Source: an uncultured Gammaproteobacteria bacterium
Lineage (GTDB): Bacteria; Patescibacteriota; Patescibacteriia; JAHIZJ01
NCBI GenBank assembly: GCA_964371245.1
Contig: CAYJKP010000001.1
Span: forward strand, 507,042 to 571,041
Length of the DNA: 64,000 bases
Direction: 5' to 3'
A program made the translations under genes and the position numbers. The notes beneath the pieces are model-generated. The model had not been told where the DNA came from. It saw only the letters and a list, made by a program, of their open reading frames with translations, and ran no database searches. Shown piece after piece: positions 62,274 to 64,000 of this stretch (positions are counted from its first letter, which is position 1; every line of letters starts with the position of its first letter).

Positions 62274-63188
62274 TTAACTCGTTAGCACGGTGCGTGAAGC
62301 GGAAATCTCGGCTAAATCACGCGTGATCGCGGCCTGCCGGGCCTGATTAAACGATAAGACGAGATCATTGATATAATCCTCAGCGTTTTCGGTCGCGTTG
62401 CGCATCGCCATCATGCGGGCGGAATGCTCGGAGGCGTTTGATTCCAACACGGCCTGATAGATCTGAATCTCGACTAAGCGCGGTAAGATAGTTTGTAAAA
62501 CCTCATCAGGCGACGGTTCAAACAAATACTCTGAAAAATCCATTTTTGTTTCCGCGGTTATCGAAGCGTCGGCTGAAACCATACCCAGGCCATCAATTTG
62601 CTTCTCAATCGGCAATAACTGGCGCAAACGCGGCAGCTGTTTCAGCGCGGAGACAAAATCCGTATAGACCAGCGTGACGCGATCGTATTTTTCACCGCTA
62701 AAATCATCGATCAGTAGGCGCGACATCGGGGTAATGGCGGCAAGTTCGGTAACGACATCGACTTTCTCAAATTCAGCCACGATTGTGTAGCCGAGCTTGA
62801 GAACCGCCTCGCGGCCCCGTTTGCCGAGCACGATCAGATGGAAATTCGTATCGGGCCGTTCATTTTTACGCTGGGTAATATATTCAGAGATGGTTCGAAT
62901 AATTTGCTGATTGAAGCCACCGCATAACCCGCGGTTTGAGCTGATGAGGACAATCGCTTCGTTTTTCACCGGGCGGCTTTTCAGCAGCGGATAGCGTTCC
63001 CGATCGGTTTTCGACGCTAAATTCAAGACCATTTCCCACGCTAATGCCGCGTATGGACGCGTCGCCTGGACCGCTTTGATGGCCTTGCGCATCTTCGCAG
63101 CCGAAACCAGTTCCATTGCCTTAGTAATCTGTTTCGTGCTGGTGATGGAACGGATCCGCCGTTTTATGTCTCTCGTGCTGACTGCCAT
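62274..63188 (-). CDS. atpG: F0F1 ATP synthase gamma subunit
   Basis: 304 aa with gamma-subunit coiled-coil termini (MAVSTRDIKRRIRSITSTKQITKAMELVSAAKMRKA). Confidence 0.9.
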   Translation of the reverse strand: MAVSTRDIKRRIRSITSTKQITKAMELVSAAKMRKAIKAVQATRPYAALAWEMVLNLASKTDRERYPLLKSRPVKNEAIVLISSNRGLCGGFNQQIIRTISEYITQRKNERPDTNFHLIVLGKRGREAVLKLGYTIVAEFEKVDVVTELAAITPMSRLLIDDFSGEKYDRVTLVYTDFVSALKQLPRLRQLLPIEKQIDGLGMVSADASITAETKMDFSEYLFEPSPDEVLQTILPRLVEIQIYQAVLESNASEHSARMMAMRNATENAEDYINDLVLSFNQARQAAITRDLAEISASRTVLTS

Positions 63189-63205
63189 AGTGACAACGAA
63201 TTACT

Positions 63206-64000
63206 TTACGCTTGTTCAGAACTAAACATCTTTTTATATTCGTCAATCGCCGTTTTCAAACCCGATTCAACTTTTTCAGTCAGTTCGGCTGTTTTCTTCA
63301 GCTCGGCCAGGAAATCGGACTTTTGGCTGATTAAATACTGATGCAAACCTTTTTCAAATGCCGGTACTTTCTCAACCACGATATCATCGAGTAAACCGTT
63401 CACGACCGCGTACAGAATCGCCACCTGCAGACTGACCGGCTGCGGCACGTACTGCGGTTGCTTGAGAATTTCAGTAATCCGTTTTCCCCGTTCCAACTGG
63501 CGTTGAGTGGCTTCGTCCAAATCAGAGCCAAACTGGGCGAACGCCGCCAACTCGCGGTACTGCGCTAGGTCCAATCGCAGGCGGCCGGCCACCTTCTTCA
63601 TGGCTTTGATCTGGGCGGATGAGCCGACCCGGGAAACCGACAGGCCGATATTGAGCGCTGGCCGGATGCCCTGATAAAACAAGTCGCCTTCTAGAAATAT
63701 TTGGCCGTCAGTTATGGATATGACGTTGGTCGGAATATAGGCTGAGATGTCGCCGGCTTGCGTTTCGATGATCGGCAGGGCGGTTAATGATCCGCCGCCG
63801 TGCTTTTTATCCATTTTTGCCGCCCGTTCGAGCAAGCGCGAATGGAGATAAAAGATGTCGCCCGGAAAAGCCTCGCGGCCTGGTGGCCGACGGAGCAAGA
63901 GCGATACCTGCCGATAGGCGGCCGCGTGCTTCGACAAATCATCGTAGATCACGAGCGCGTCCTTGCCGGCATCCATGAAAAACTCTCCCATCGCGCAACC
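63206..64000 (-). CDS. atpA: F0F1 ATP synthase alpha subunit (C-terminal part; gene continues beyond the window)
   Basis: The frame is open to the window edge, and the alpha-subunit C-terminal region ([34 protein letters not shown]) is present. Confidence 0.9.
   Translation of the reverse strand, partial: GCAMGEFFMDAGKDALVIYDDLSKHAAAYRQVSLLLRRPPGREAFPGDIFYLHSRLLERAAKMDKKHGGGSLTALPIIETQAGDISAYIPTNVISITDGQIFLEGDLFYQGIRPALNIGLSVSRVGSSAQIKAMKKVAGRLRLDLAQYRELAAFAQFGSDLDEATQRQLERGKRITEILKQPQYVPQPVSLQVAILYAVVNGLLDDIVVEKVPAFEKGLHQYLISQKSDFLAELKKTAELTEKVESGLKTAIDEYKKMFSSEQA

Overview
This 64-kb window reads as a compact, gene-dense chromosomal stretch from a small-genome bacterium, probably CPR/Patescibacteria-like. 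Evidence for that guess is a ThrRS lacking the N-terminal TGS domain, a single-polypeptide UvrD-nuclease, tandem DUF3048 genes, a CarS-like lipid gene and recurring TTGnCA-17-TATACT promoters. It uses the standard genetic code, since TGA terminates prfA and other genes. The backbone is about 45-50% GC and carries housekeeping operons: rpsB-tsf-PSP1, rpmE-prfA-prmC, ftsW, dnaE, thrS behind a T-box-like leader, miaB-miaA, gatB, gyrB, pheS/pheT, secE-nusG-rplK-rplA and atpAGDC. Several isolated, clearly GC-richer genes look horizontally acquired: a PyrB-PyrI fusion, an archaeal-type fructose-1,6-bisphosphate aldolase/phosphatase, an aldose-epimerase-like gene, a phosphatase-like gene and a small acidic protein. 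The most unusual feature is a long minus-strand operon that runs from secE-nusG-rplK-rplA straight into a dCMP deaminase, a P-loop kinase and a 474-aa unknown protein. These are followed by five tandem, translationally coupled paralogs, each with a conserved C-terminal PEP-utilizing-enzyme phosphohistidine swivel domain and a divergent N-terminal domain, and finally a macro-domain protein. No rRNA, tRNA, CRISPR array or transposase was found.
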